Source of the DNA: Candidatus Dojkabacteria bacterium | GTDB lineage: Bacteria; Patescibacteriota; Dojkabacteria; SC72; JAHDCA01 | DNA length: 64,000 bases | Direction of reading: 5' to 3' | NCBI GenBank assembly: GCA_030583845.1 | Contig: CP129478.1 | Span: 715,686-779,685, forward strand | Shown: one piece after another, positions 47,749 to 57,642 of the stretch | Numbering within the stretch: the first letter of the stretch is position 1 | How the letters are laid out: the number at the start of each line of letters is the position of its first letter | Notes under the pieces: model-generated | Database searches by the model: none | Seen by the model: only the letters and a program-made list of their open reading frames with translations | What the model was told of the DNA's origin: nothing | Program-made: the position numbers and the translations under genes

Positions 47749-48501
47749 TTGATTTCAGTTGATTCTTCTAGCCGGGTCGAATATGATCCGACTATGGAGA
47801 ACATCAATATAAAACTTCACGATTTCCAGAAGCAAATTCTTGGCAAGCTAAGCCATGTAGTCGACGCGCGCTTTAACGACCTTCTGATCGAGGGTCTAGA
47901 AAGTGAGCATATGAACTACCACCTGAAGAAGCTGATTGACCTCGGAATGGTTGAGAAATCGCAAAATAAATATCGGCTTACTGATAAGGGTAAAGATTGC
48001 TCCAACATGATGGACGACAATGTCGAGTTTATCGAACGTCAGCCGAAGACCTCTGTGCTGCTAAGAATCCTGCGCAAAAATGATGAAGGGGTTGTTGAGC
48101 AATTGGTGTGTCGTAGATTGAGGCAGCCATACTATGGCAAAGTCGGTCGACTAACCGGCAAAGTACGGTTTGGTGAGGAGTTAGAAGAGGCTGCGCGTCG
48201 AGAGCTGTACGAAGAAACCGGCCTGCTTGCAAAGGCAGTGATCTTAGAAAATGTTTATCACAAGCTACGCCACAATGTGGAGGGTGAGTATCTGCAGGAT
48301 AATCTTTTCTACAGATTTCTGATTAAGGATACTTATGGTAATTTGATTACAAAGACCCCACATCAAGAGAATTTCTGGATAAATGTCGAGTCATTCGACC
48401 CAAAAGAATACGACATGTTTGATGATTTTGAGTTAATGAACAACTACGAGCCTGACATCCTCTCATTCTCGGAAATAAATACTCTGGCTCAAGATTATTA
48501 A
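47749..48501 (+). CDS. Nudix hydrolase with N-terminal winged-helix domain
   Basis: wHTH-like region: LSHVVDARFNDLLIEGLESEHMNYHLKKLIDLGMVEKSQNKYRLTDKG. Nudix box: GKVRFGEELEEAARRELYEETGLLA. The start may be ATG 47794 (MENINIKL). Confidence 0.6.
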   Translation: MISVDSSSRVEYDPTMENINIKLHDFQKQILGKLSHVVDARFNDLLIEGLESEHMNYHLKKLIDLGMVEKSQNKYRLTDKGKDCSNMMDDNVEFIERQPKTSVLLRILRKNDEGVVEQLVCRRLRQPYYGKVGRLTGKVRFGEELEEAARRELYEETGLLAKAVILENVYHKLRHNVEGEYLQDNLFYRFLIKDTYGNLITKTPHQENFWINVESFDPKEYDMFDDFELMNNYEPDILSFSEINTLAQDY

Positions 48502-49223
48502 TGAAGAGATCAGCGATCCTGTCTAAAATTGCTAAGCTTGTTGAACTGTACGAAAGTGGTGAGATTCCTCGCCCTGAAGTGCACGAAGTATATCCAGATC
48601 TAGATAAATCATCCCGCGACAACTATCTCTATTTCACTCTGACCGTCCCGCTAAACTATCAAAGAAGCTCACCTGCAATGTGGCAATCAGCATTGGCGAC
48701 TTTTAATGATCCGGAAACCAACTACCTTTTCTATCCTGAAAAAGTCGTTGAAGCAGAATATGTCCAATTTCAGAACGACCTTGCAAAGCACAAGTTGTCG
48801 CTCCAAATAAACAATCACTCCAAGATCTGGTGGGGAATCTCACAAACTTTGTTCAATGAATATGAATCTGACCCACGCAAACTGTTGGCATCAGGTGGTC
48901 ATGCGGTGAAACAGATTAAAGATAAATTGATCTCCGAAAAGAAGTCATTTCCATACTTGAATGGTCCAAAGATGTCTAACTACTGGTTGTTCATATTGAG
49001 CGAATTCACTGATGTTGAGCTATCTGGCAAAGAAGATATTTCGATAATTCCCGACACCCATGTGATAAAAGCGAGTGCAGTGCTCGGAGTGATTGACTCA
49101 GCAGATCCGATGGAGATCGAACGGGCATGGAAAGAGCTGTTGAGTGGCAGCGATTTTATTCCGATGCAGATTCATCCAGTGTTGTGGCATTGGAGCAGGA
49201 ATGGTTTTAAGCCAGTGGTTTAA
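48501..49223 (+). CDS. HhH-GPD superfamily DNA glycosylase-like protein (AGOG/EndoIII-like, no Fe-S cluster motif)
   Basis: 240 aa. GPKMSNYWLFIL (HhH-GPD-like) and IIPDTHVIKASAVLGV (compare VDTHVxRV of Nth/MutY/AlkA). Its start overlaps the upstream stop by 1 nt (TAATG). Confidence 0.45.
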   Translation: MKRSAILSKIAKLVELYESGEIPRPEVHEVYPDLDKSSRDNYLYFTLTVPLNYQRSSPAMWQSALATFNDPETNYLFYPEKVVEAEYVQFQNDLAKHKLSLQINNHSKIWWGISQTLFNEYESDPRKLLASGGHAVKQIKDKLISEKKSFPYLNGPKMSNYWLFILSEFTDVELSGKEDISIIPDTHVIKASAVLGVIDSADPMEIERAWKELLSGSDFIPMQIHPVLWHWSRNGFKPVV

Positions 49224-49233
49224 CTGGGACTAT

Positions 49234-49965
49234 CTATATGCCTCCATTGTCTGCAGGAATTGTTGAGTCTTCATTTTCTTCAAGTGCCTCATCTTTTGTC
49301 AATGCTTCGTCCTCTATCTCAGTCTCATCTGTTGACTCTTCAGTCGTCTCCTCGGTTGCGTCATCAAGAGTTGGATCAGTTACAAGAAACTGACTCCAGA
49401 TAATATACCCACCCAGTCCAAGCAATATCAGCACTACCAGGGCAAGAAGCAGGCTCATTAATTTGCTCCTCTTAGGAGCTGCATCAGTTGACTCAGGTGT
49501 CGCAGGACCAGCAGGCGCCGAGACATGGAGTGGCTTATCCTTCACTGGCTCTGCAGCAGGTGGTGGAGTTGGTGTAGATGGTGCCGGCGTAGGAGTGGCA
49601 GCTGGTGTTGGGGCTGCGGCTGTGGTAGGTGCGGTTGTAGCCGTTGTAGTGTGGCGGCGTGGGTGTGGTCGACTGGCTCAGGCTGGTTCTGTTGTGGCCA
49701 CTGTGGTTTTTGCAGGCTCGGCGACTGGAGCTGGTGTAGGTGGTGCTGCCGGAGCAGCTGTGGCTGAAGTTGAAGTAACTGGTGCTTGCACAGCGGTTGG
49801 TGTTGGTGTAGCAGCAGAAGTAGCGGTGGTAGCAGAAGCTGATGAAGTATCTGCTGATAATGTTACCGCTGACGTAGCTACAGGTGTAGGAGTAACAGGA
49901 GTTGCAGTTGAAGCTCCATCCGGTGCGTTTTGTGAATTTGTACTTGTGTTCTTTGTATCGTCCAT
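49234..49965 (-). CDS. Thr/Ala/Pro-rich low-complexity membrane protein with acidic C-terminal tail, interrupted by an in-frame TGA at 49678..49680
   Basis: Two minus-strand ORFs (49678..49965 and 49234..49545) are in the same frame. They are separated only by one TGA and 44 stop-free codons (ASRPHPRRHTTTATTAPTTAAAPTPAATPTPAPSTPTPPPAAEP). Downstream come a TM helix LMSLLLALVVLILLGLGGYIIW and a D/E-rich tail. Confidence 0.45.
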
Positions 49966-50127
49966 AAATATTACTTGATTGATTTACATTAGCTACTCCA
50001 TAGTACGGAATCCTTAAATAAATGTCACGTATTTATTATCTGTGTGACCAGGAAGCGGATTCACACTTGTTGTATACGATCATCCCTAGTGCTAATATCA
50101 ATCAGTAATCTGTCCAAACCACCTGAC

Positions 50128-52380
50128 ATGGGGCAATTCAAACAGGGTAGGTGGACGAGCCACATAGATGTACGCGACTTCGTCCAGAAAAATTACACAC
50201 CTTATGAAGGGGATTCGTCATTCTTAGCGCGACAAACAGTCCGAACAGAAGCGATCTGGTCAAAAGTGCTGGAGCTTATCAACCTCGAGAGGCAGAAGGG
50301 AATATTAGACCTCGATGTAAACACCCCATCAACTATTACAAGCCACCAGGCAGGCTATATCGACCGCGATCAAGAGCTTATCGTAGGATTGCAAACAGAT
50401 GCTCCACTTAAGAGATCTATTAAGCCGAATGGCGGTATTCGGCTGGTTGAGCAGGCAGCAGAAGCATATGGGTACAAAATCCCTGAAGAAGTTTCAAAGA
50501 TTTATTATAAGTATCGGAAAACACATAATGATGGGGTCTTTGATGCTTATTCTCCCGAGATTAAGCTATTGCGGAGCAAGCATATAATCACTGGATTGCC
50601 CGATAATTATGGACGGGGAAGGATCATCGGTGATTACAGGCGAGTTCCGCTGTACGGTACGGCCAGGCTGATCGAAGAGCGAGAAAGTGAGTTGAATAGG
50701 GATGTCGAGAGGATGGATGAAGACACGATCAGGAGACGAGAAGAGCTTTCAGATCAGGTCACCGCACTTCATGAAATGGAAGAGATGGCGAAAATGTACG
50801 GCTTCGACATTAGCAGAGCTGCAGAAGATAGCAAAGAGGCAATACAGTGGCTCTATTTTGCATACCTTGCTGCTGTAAAACAGCAGGATGGTGCTGCGAT
50901 GTCGCTGGGCAGGATAGATGCCTTTTTGGATATATATATTGATAGAGATCTCGCTGAAGGCAAATATAATGAGTCGCAAATTCAGGAGATGATCGACGAT
51001 TTCGTAATTAAGCTGAGGATTGTAAAGCATCTCCGCCCACCAGAATACAATGCCCTATTTGCTGGTGATCCGACATGGGTAACAATGGTGCTTGGCGGCA
51101 CAGGCATTGATGGAAGAAATATGGTGACCAAGAGCTCTTTTAGATTCCTCCATACCTTGACCAACCTCGGTCCCGCCCCTGAGCCAAACCTCACTGTACT
51201 ATGGGGCGATAAGCTTCCAAGAAATTGGAAAAACTACTGCGCAGCGCAATCAATAGCTTGCAGCTCAATCCAGTATGAGAATGATGATTTAATGAAGCCA
51301 TACTATGGAGATGATTATGGGATTGCTTGTTGTGTGTCAGGCATGACGATTGGTAAAGATATGCAATTTTTTGGTGCTAGAGCCAACCTGGCCAAGCTTC
51401 TTCTGCTGACAATTAATGGTGGTAAAGAGGAACCAAAGACTCACAATAAGGAAAAGATTGAGCCGGGCGGCGATATAGTGATCTCGGGTATGAAGCCGTT
51501 AAATCAGCAGGAGTATCTACAGTTTGATGAAGTGTATCCACGATTTATGGAGCTGCTTGATTGGCTCGCGCAAAGATATGTCGCTGCAATGAATGTAATA
51601 CATTACATGCACGACAAATATCATTATGAATCGGCTGAAATGGCCCTGCACGACATGGATATAAGGCGGTTTATGGCTTTCGGTGTGGCAGGTCTCTCAG
51701 TCGTAGTTGATTCATTAAGCGCAATAAAATATGCGAAAGTTCGTCCAGTATGGAATGATAGAGGAGTAGCCGAGATGTACCTAATCGAGGGGGAATTTCC
51801 TGCATTTGGAAATGATGATGATCGGGTCGATACTTTAGCAGTAGAAATAGTAGAAGAATTTATCAAATGTCTCCGGAAATATGAGGTTTACCGTGATTCG
51901 GTTCATACATTGTCCGTGTTAACAATTACATCAAATGTTGTATATGGTGAGGCGACAGGCGCTACACCAGATGGTAGGCAGTCGGGGGTCCCATTCGCTC
52001 CAGGAGCAAACCCAATGCATGGCCGGGATAAGAACGGTGCGATAGCATCATTGAACTCTGTAGCGAAAATCCCATATGCTGCCTGCCAGGACGGGGTCTC
52101 AAATACTTTTTCAATCGTGCCTTCATCCCTAGGCAAAGATAGCGATGAACGAATCTCAAATCTGGTACAGATGATGGACGGATACTTCGTGGGAAATAAT
52201 GGCCACCATCTAAATGTAAATGTCTTTGACAGAGAGACACTGTTGGACGCCCAGCAGCATCCTGAAAAGTATCCACAGTTGACGATTCGGGTGAGTGGCT
52301 ACGCTGTAAATTTCAACAACCTCAGCAAGATACAGCAGGATGAGGTAATTGCGAGGACATTCCACAGCAGCATGGATTAG
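50128..52380 (+). CDS. pflB: Formate C-acetyltransferase (pyruvate formate-lyase, glycyl radical enzyme)
   Basis: It aligns residue-by-residue with E. coli PflB from [28 protein letters not shown] onward. The active-site CC is IACCVSGM and the glycyl-radical motif is RVSGYAVNF. The ORF-track start 50044 is upstream of the conserved N-terminus, and the probable start is ATG 50128. Confidence 0.95.
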   Translation: MGQFKQGRWTSHIDVRDFVQKNYTPYEGDSSFLARQTVRTEAIWSKVLELINLERQKGILDLDVNTPSTITSHQAGYIDRDQELIVGLQTDAPLKRSIKPNGGIRLVEQAAEAYGYKIPEEVSKIYYKYRKTHNDGVFDAYSPEIKLLRSKHIITGLPDNYGRGRIIGDYRRVPLYGTARLIEERESELNRDVERMDEDTIRRREELSDQVTALHEMEEMAKMYGFDISRAAEDSKEAIQWLYFAYLAAVKQQDGAAMSLGRIDAFLDIYIDRDLAEGKYNESQIQEMIDDFVIKLRIVKHLRPPEYNALFAGDPTWVTMVLGGTGIDGRNMVTKSSFRFLHTLTNLGPAPEPNLTVLWGDKLPRNWKNYCAAQSIACSSIQYENDDLMKPYYGDDYGIACCVSGMTIGKDMQFFGARANLAKLLLLTINGGKEEPKTHNKEKIEPGGDIVISGMKPLNQQEYLQFDEVYPRFMELLDWLAQRYVAAMNVIHYMHDKYHYESAEMALHDMDIRRFMAFGVAGLSVVVDSLSAIKYAKVRPVWNDRGVAEMYLIEGEFPAFGNDDDRVDTLAVEIVEEFIKCLRKYEVYRDSVHTLSVLTITSNVVYGEATGATPDGRQSGVPFAPGANPMHGRDKNGAIASLNSVAKIPYAACQDGVSNTFSIVPSSLGKDSDERISNLVQMMDGYFVGNNGHHLNVNVFDRETLLDAQQHPEKYPQLTIRVSGYAVNFNNLSKIQQDEVIARTFHSSMD

Positions 52381-52411
52381 TTCGGTGAAATAGTCGTAAA
52401 TAAGATTTAAG

Positions 52412-53182
52412 ATGAATTTAATGAAAGGTGTACTTCACTCAATACAGAGTATGGGAACATTGGATGGCCCAGGGTTGAGGACAGTGGTTTTTCTGCAAGG
52501 CTGTTCGCTACGGTGCAAGTTTTGCCACAGTATTGATACGACACTAACCGACAGGGGCGAAGATGTTACGGTCGAAGAGCTGTATGAGCAAGTTATGAAG
52601 TATAAAGATTACTGGGGTGGATCGAAATCAGATGGTATTCGAGGAGGTGTAACAATAAGTGGAGGTGATCCATTAGGTCAGCCCTTATTTTTACAGGAGT
52701 TAGTGAAGAAATTCCATGAAGCTAACGTTCACGTTACGGTTGAGACATCCTTGTATGCTGGGGAACGAGCTGTTGAGGCTTTAGTCCCATATATTGATCT
52801 ATGGATGGTAAGCCTGAAACATATGGATGACGAGCAACATATGCAATTAACAGGGAAAAGTAGCCGCGTAATTCATGAAAATTTAAGAACCCTTGATGAT
52901 GCAATTACAAACCAGAATCTAGGCTCTGGGATTCGTATACGATTTGTAGTAATCCCAGGTATGACTGATGATGAGTCACATATCAAAACATTGGGAGGCT
53001 TTGTTAGTAGAATCAAAAATCTTGAATTACTCGAACTGTTGCCTTATGTATCGATAGGGAAGTATAAGTGGGTTGAGCTATTTGGCAAATATGATCTGGA
53101 AAATACCGCTGAAGCCACGACTTCTGACCTAGAGAAAGTTAAAGCCGCTCTGCAATCGTATCAGTTAAATATTAAAATTTAA
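52412..53182 (+). CDS. pflA: Pyruvate formate-lyase activating enzyme (radical SAM)
   Basis: GTLDGPGLRTVVFLQGCSLRCKFCHS carries the CxxxCxxC cluster motif and aligns with E. coli PflA. The alternative start MKGVLHS at 52421 is also possible. Confidence 0.9.
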   Translation: MNLMKGVLHSIQSMGTLDGPGLRTVVFLQGCSLRCKFCHSIDTTLTDRGEDVTVEELYEQVMKYKDYWGGSKSDGIRGGVTISGGDPLGQPLFLQELVKKFHEANVHVTVETSLYAGERAVEALVPYIDLWMVSLKHMDDEQHMQLTGKSSRVIHENLRTLDDAITNQNLGSGIRIRFVVIPGMTDDESHIKTLGGFVSRIKNLELLELLPYVSIGKYKWVELFGKYDLENTAEATTSDLEKVKAALQSYQLNIKI

Positions 53183-53222
53183 CGTAATTCCTGTTATTAT
53201 CGAGTAACACAATATCTCATAG

Positions 53223-53681
53223 TTGGTCAGCATGATAAAAATTATCTACGCTTCATCGACAGGAAATACTGAAATAGTGTGCGAAAAAGTCAGCGAGTTG
53301 TTGGATGATGCTGACTTGGACAGTGGGCTTTTCAAGGCAGAAGAGGTTCACAATGATATATTTCTACAAGGACGGGATTTCATACTGGCCACATCTACTT
53401 GGAATAATGGTCAGCTAAATGATATGTATCTTGAGTTATACGAAGGGCTGCTTCAAGTTGATTTAACCGGGAAACGCTTTGGCTTCATCGGGCTTGGTGA
53501 CATGAGCTATGGGGAAGAGTTATTCTGTAAGGGCATTGATCTGTTAAAGAAAAGGGCTTTGCAAAGCGGTGGTACGGCGATAGGTGAGACCTTCAAGATT
53601 GATGGTGAGTTTACCCAGGAGGTCTCGGCAAAGTTAGAAATTTGGGTTAAAGGCCTGGTGAATAATCTAAAGAGTGAGTAA
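53223..53681 (+). CDS. Flavodoxin (short-chain)
   Basis: KIIYASSTGNTE FMN-phosphate loop. About 150 aa. It lies directly downstream of pflA and is the likely electron donor for PFL activation. Confidence 0.8.
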   Translation: MVSMIKIIYASSTGNTEIVCEKVSELLDDADLDSGLFKAEEVHNDIFLQGRDFILATSTWNNGQLNDMYLELYEGLLQVDLTGKRFGFIGLGDMSYGEELFCKGIDLLKKRALQSGGTAIGETFKIDGEFTQEVSAKLEIWVKGLVNNLKSE

Positions 53682-53832
53682 CACTCTCCTTATCTACCTA
53701 TTAGCAAGTATAGATATTTGCGTATCATATTCGTTTAACTGCGGCGTTACAATGTGTCACCATATTGCAGCTACTGGCTATACTCGCTAATTTTCCCCAG
53801 TCTTATAATATATTAACCCGCAAGGTGGTGAA

Positions 53833-54870
53833 GTGTACACCGATATTATTAATGGATACGGATATAGCAGTATCCGTAATTCAAATAAGATAATTGCACG
53901 CGAAATGCGCCAAAGCTATACAATCTATGCGAACAATAAGAAAAATGTCTCCGAGTATGAGCTAATTTTCCTCCGTGGCAATATTGGTGACGGTAAAAGC
54001 ACGGTAGGACAGATGATCTCTGTCATAAAAGAGCTGGACGGGGAGAGAACCAGAGTTATCCGTTCCGATTTTCTTAAGAAGCTGATTGCTGTCCACCTCG
54101 GCTACTTCTCAAACATCGACACTCTTACAAAGGGTGGGGATGAGCTTGAAGAGATTAAAAGCAAGGTTCAACATATCCCAAGCAAGATTGTATACAAAAT
54201 GATGGCACACCAAGCTGTGTTTTCCCTGCTGTCTGGATATGCGACAGTAGTAGATAGCACCCTGCTTCTACCTTCCGAGTTAGACACATATCTTGAAGAG
54301 ATGCGCTCAATGATACACTTCCTACAAAGAGATTTTGAGAGTATATCGGTCTATGAAATGGTGTCATCTCTCTACCCAGAGCTGAGGGAAGCTATCGCAG
54401 ACGATGGCACAGATTACAATACAGCAATTGGAGGTTACCTCGTCGAGAGTCTGATATATCAGCCATTCACAAAGGAAGATCTTATAGTCAAATCTTTGCT
54501 AAGTGATGCAGACCTAGACCGTGCAGCCAGGCAATTAGAAAATTTTGTCGTAGTCCAGCCAAGTCGCCCAGACTCTGCAGCTCTCAAAGACATAGAGCGA
54601 AGAGCTAATGCAGTAAGCAATTTAGAATTCCTCGCAACAGCCACGCCTGAAATCCGCAAGACATATGTCAAGAAAAAGAATGCTGACCTATCTCAGCGAT
54701 TCGACCGAGTGCCTGCATGGGTTACCGTAACGAACTCCTCATCGTTAGAGGATCTATACAACACCCTTTCAGAAATCTTCTCAAAGACCCGAAGTGGTAT
54801 GTCCGACGGTGTGTATGTGTGGCGTGAGAGATGGAATGCCCCACATAAGAATCGCGCAATGGCAATGTAA
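53833..54870 (+). CDS. P-loop NTPase/kinase-like protein with uncharacterised C-terminal domain
   Basis: Walker A LRGNIGDGKST. Walker B-like ATVVDSTLLLP. About 180 aa of unassigned C-terminal sequence follow. Confidence 0.45.
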   Translation: MYTDIINGYGYSSIRNSNKIIAREMRQSYTIYANNKKNVSEYELIFLRGNIGDGKSTVGQMISVIKELDGERTRVIRSDFLKKLIAVHLGYFSNIDTLTKGGDELEEIKSKVQHIPSKIVYKMMAHQAVFSLLSGYATVVDSTLLLPSELDTYLEEMRSMIHFLQRDFESISVYEMVSSLYPELREAIADDGTDYNTAIGGYLVESLIYQPFTKEDLIVKSLLSDADLDRAARQLENFVVVQPSRPDSAALKDIERRANAVSNLEFLATATPEIRKTYVKKKNADLSQRFDRVPAWVTVTNSSSLEDLYNTLSEIFSKTRSGMSDGVYVWRERWNAPHKNRAMAM

Positions 54871-54873
54871 GAC

Positions 54874-55272
54874 TTACTCGCTGATTTTCAGCTTCACCAA
54901 GAGTCGTTCTGCCTGCTCAGGGTCAATCTTCTCAGCTGGGGTATCTATTATCTCCATGAAGTCTTTCCCGATATTGGGAATCACATGAATGTGAGCGTGA
55001 GCAATCTGGTTGCCTGCAATCATAGAATAGCTAAACTGTGATCCTGTTTTCTCTTTGTGTGAGATGGCTGTTTTGCGCACGATATCCATATATTCCTGGT
55101 AAAGCTCTGCCGGCACATCCCATACCTGTGGGTAATGTTCCTTCGGGATGATCAGTGTGTGTCCCTCAGCCTTCGGGAATGCATCTAGCATGACGATAAA
55201 GTTGTCGGTCTCATATAGGCGGTAGGATGGGATTTCGTTTTTTGCGATTTTGCAGAATATGCAGTCTGGCAT
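54874..55272 (-). CDS. HIT-family (histidine triad) nucleotide hydrolase
   Basis: HTLIIPKEHY and the histidine triad AHAHIHVIP. 132 aa. Confidence 0.85.
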   Translation of the reverse strand: MPDCIFCKIAKNEIPSYRLYETDNFIVMLDAFPKAEGHTLIIPKEHYPQVWDVPAELYQEYMDIVRKTAISHKEKTGSQFSYSMIAGNQIAHAHIHVIPNIGKDFMEIIDTPAEKIDPEQAERLLVKLKISE

Positions 55273-55321
55273 GTTGAATTATAACAGATGTGGAGCGCTC
55301 CCAGCTCTGCTATAATCCCAT

Positions 55322-56074
55322 ATGTTTCAAACCATCCTTCTCGCTACAACCATAGTTAGCCTGCCCGCACTATTTGCCGGGCTGATTGTCTCAAGCAAAC
55401 CGCTTGCAAATAAGAGCAGCATCAACTACCTCATCTCTTTCTCGGCTGGCACGCTACTTGGAGGTGCACTCTTCCATCTACTACCAGAAGGGGTCGAGAT
55501 GCTTGATCCAACTACATTCTCGCTAATATTCGCAATTACGATAATTGCCATACTGGTGCTTGAGAAATTCATACATTGGCACCACTGTGGGCTTGCGCAT
55601 GACGAAGAGCATATGCATGAGCATCGGGAGGTTTCGGTCACATATCTCTCGCTTATTGGGGATATCTTCCACAATTTCTTAGACGGCTTGATTATTGCGG
55701 GTGCTTTTATTGCAAATCCGGCGCTAGGGGTGTCGACCACTATCGCAGTGGCTGTGCACGAAATTCCGCAAGAGATCTCTGACATATCGATAATGATTCG
55801 CGGTGGATTTTCAAGGAAGAAAGCGATTGTGGCAAATATCATTGTGGCACTCTCTGCGATCGCAGGAGGAATGATCGGATGGCTATATATCAATAGCATT
55901 GATGGCTTGAGAGGATATCTATTCCCAGTCGCTGCCGGGATGTTTCTCTATATCGCATTGACCGATCTACTCCCCGAGATTCGCAATGAGAATAGGCCAG
56001 TCAGGTTCGGCACTTATGCTTTACTGGCAGCTTTAGGGCTACTGCTAATGTGGTGGTTGGCAACATTAGAGTAA
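55322..56074 (+). CDS. ZIP-family (ZupT-like) divalent metal transporter
   Basis: A His-rich loop (HWHHCGLAHDEEHMHEH). The conserved HEIPQEISD segment lies in a transmembrane helix. About 8 TM helices. Confidence 0.75.
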   Translation: MFQTILLATTIVSLPALFAGLIVSSKPLANKSSINYLISFSAGTLLGGALFHLLPEGVEMLDPTTFSLIFAITIIAILVLEKFIHWHHCGLAHDEEHMHEHREVSVTYLSLIGDIFHNFLDGLIIAGAFIANPALGVSTTIAVAVHEIPQEISDISIMIRGGFSRKKAIVANIIVALSAIAGGMIGWLYINSIDGLRGYLFPVAAGMFLYIALTDLLPEIRNENRPVRFGTYALLAALGLLLMWWLATLE

Positions 56075-56113
56075 CCAGTGTAACTACAGATTAAGATCTC
56101 ACTATAAGTCATT

Positions 56114-56123
56114 TACACCTGTA
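56114..56123 (+). promoter_or_regulatory. cop box / BlaI-CopY-type operator half-site pair TACAccTGTA
   Basis: It matches TACAnnTGTA and lies about 100 nt upstream of the first gene of the copper operon (56222). Confidence 0.5.
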
Positions 56124-56138
56124 TGGCTCGGTGGTAAC

Positions 56139-56156
56139 CTACTACAAGTGTAGTAG
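56139..56156 (+). promoter_or_regulatory. Second cop box inside a perfect 8+8 palindrome CTACTACAagTGTAGTAG
   Basis: It contains TACAagTGTA (TACAnnTGTA) and lies 66 nt upstream of 56222. Confidence 0.55.
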
Positions 56157-56221
56157 TGGACTTCGCTTGAATGATACGATACTGTTTCTGTGTGAAGTCC
56201 TAAATTTTCAAAAAACCGTTC

Positions 56222-57634
56222 ATGGCAAGCAAAGGCAAGAAGAATGTAGCTAAGACAAAAAAGCAGAGCTCACGCAGCAAAGAACAGAAATACGAGACAT
56301 GTGAGTACTATGTTGATGGGATGCACTGTGCTGCTTGCGAGCTGTTGATTGAAAAGAAGATATTAAAAAAATATGAAAATGTGGGCTCGGTCGATGCGTC
56401 GTTGGCTGATGGAGTGGTAAGAGTTAGCTATCAAGGCACGGCTCCAGATCCTGAGAAAATGAGCCAGCTCTTTAAAGAAGATAAATATTACTTCAGTACT
56501 ACTCCTGAGGATATTATCCATGAGAAGAAGACATTCCAGTTTGATAAGTCTGGAAACCTTCAGATTGATTCAAATGCATTGAAAAGAAGCGTGGCGATTA
56601 TCGCTATGGCCGGTGGCTTTTTACTTCTCTTTTTCGGCATTGAGGAGATGCTGCAAAGCAGCGGACTCCTTAGTACAGGGATAGAGTCATTGATGGAGCC
56701 TGGAGTCGATTGGACTCTTTCGGCATACTTCGTAGTTTTGATTACTGGACTGATTGCTGGTTTCTCAAGCTGTGCATCATTAGTGGGAGGCCTCCTGCTT
56801 TCGATGAGCAAACAGTGGAACGCCCTTAACAACAAGAGCAATGATACAAAGTTGAGGGCTATTCCATATGTTATGTTCAACGTCGGTAGGCTGATTGCCT
56901 TCCCACTTTTCGGTGCTTTGCTTGGATTGCTCGGTAGCAGATTTGGACTTTCGCTTGAGATGAGCTCGCTGCTTGTACTTGCAGTCGGAGTGTTGATGTT
57001 TGCACTTGGTGGTCAGATGCTTGGATGGAAGAGGTTCCGTGGTGTCTCGATACGAGCACCGAAGTTTGTGACAGATAGGTTTGTTGATGAATCGAAGTTC
57101 AACGGAAAGGTGTTTCCATTCCTGGTTGGTATGATGACGATTTTCCTGCCTTGTGGATTTACAGCCTTGGCGATGACAGCGGCAGTGCTTTCGGGTGATC
57201 CGTTGACTGGTGCACTTGTGATGTTGCTGTTTGCACTTGGTACACTTCCAGCTTTGATCGGAATCTCAGTATTAAGCATATACTCGGATAAGAGCGTCAG
57301 ATTTGGAAGCTATTTTACAAAAGTTGCTGGCTATGTAGTGGTCTACTTTGGACTGGCAAGCATAAATGCGCAATTCAAAGTGCTTGGTGTGCCAAGCCTA
57401 TCATCGGTTACCGATATCTACAGCTTGATTGAATTCGGCGTGTTTCTAACGATGTTTGCGACTCTGATTACATTGATAATCCGCAATCTTGGGTATGTGA
57501 AGCGAGTTGATGGGGCTATGGCGAAGATTTACAGATTGATGCTGGCATTTATATACCTGCTTCTATTTGTAAGTTTTATGGTGAGTTACAATTTAATAAT
57601 GCCGTGGGAATACGATTTTACTAAGCTAAGTTAA
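56222..57634 (+). CDS. Heavy-metal-associated (HMA) domain fused to a DsbD_2/CcdA-like transmembrane domain
   Basis: The N-terminal HMA is YYVDGMHCAACELLIEK (GMxCxxC). The membrane domain has conserved intramembrane Cys residues (FSSCASLVGG, IFLPCGFTAL). Confidence 0.6.
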   Translation: MASKGKKNVAKTKKQSSRSKEQKYETCEYYVDGMHCAACELLIEKKILKKYENVGSVDASLADGVVRVSYQGTAPDPEKMSQLFKEDKYYFSTTPEDIIHEKKTFQFDKSGNLQIDSNALKRSVAIIAMAGGFLLLFFGIEEMLQSSGLLSTGIESLMEPGVDWTLSAYFVVLITGLIAGFSSCASLVGGLLLSMSKQWNALNNKSNDTKLRAIPYVMFNVGRLIAFPLFGALLGLLGSRFGLSLEMSSLLVLAVGVLMFALGGQMLGWKRFRGVSIRAPKFVTDRFVDESKFNGKVFPFLVGMMTIFLPCGFTALAMTAAVLSGDPLTGALVMLLFALGTLPALIGISVLSIYSDKSVRFGSYFTKVAGYVVVYFGLASINAQFKVLGVPSLSSVTDIYSLIEFGVFLTMFATLITLIIRNLGYVKRVDGAMAKIYRLMLAFIYLLLFVSFMVSYNLIMPWEYDFTKLS

Positions 57635-57642
57635 TAAATAAT

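Noticed and set aside
49463-49978. 171-aa and 80-aa plus-strand ORFs (Gly/Ala/Val- and Cys/Trp/Arg-rich)
   Set aside because: They are complements of the Thr/Ala/Pro-rich low-complexity coding region on the minus strand. The minus strand gives a coherent TM-plus-acidic-tail protein, so the plus-strand frames are artefacts of the GC-rich repeat.
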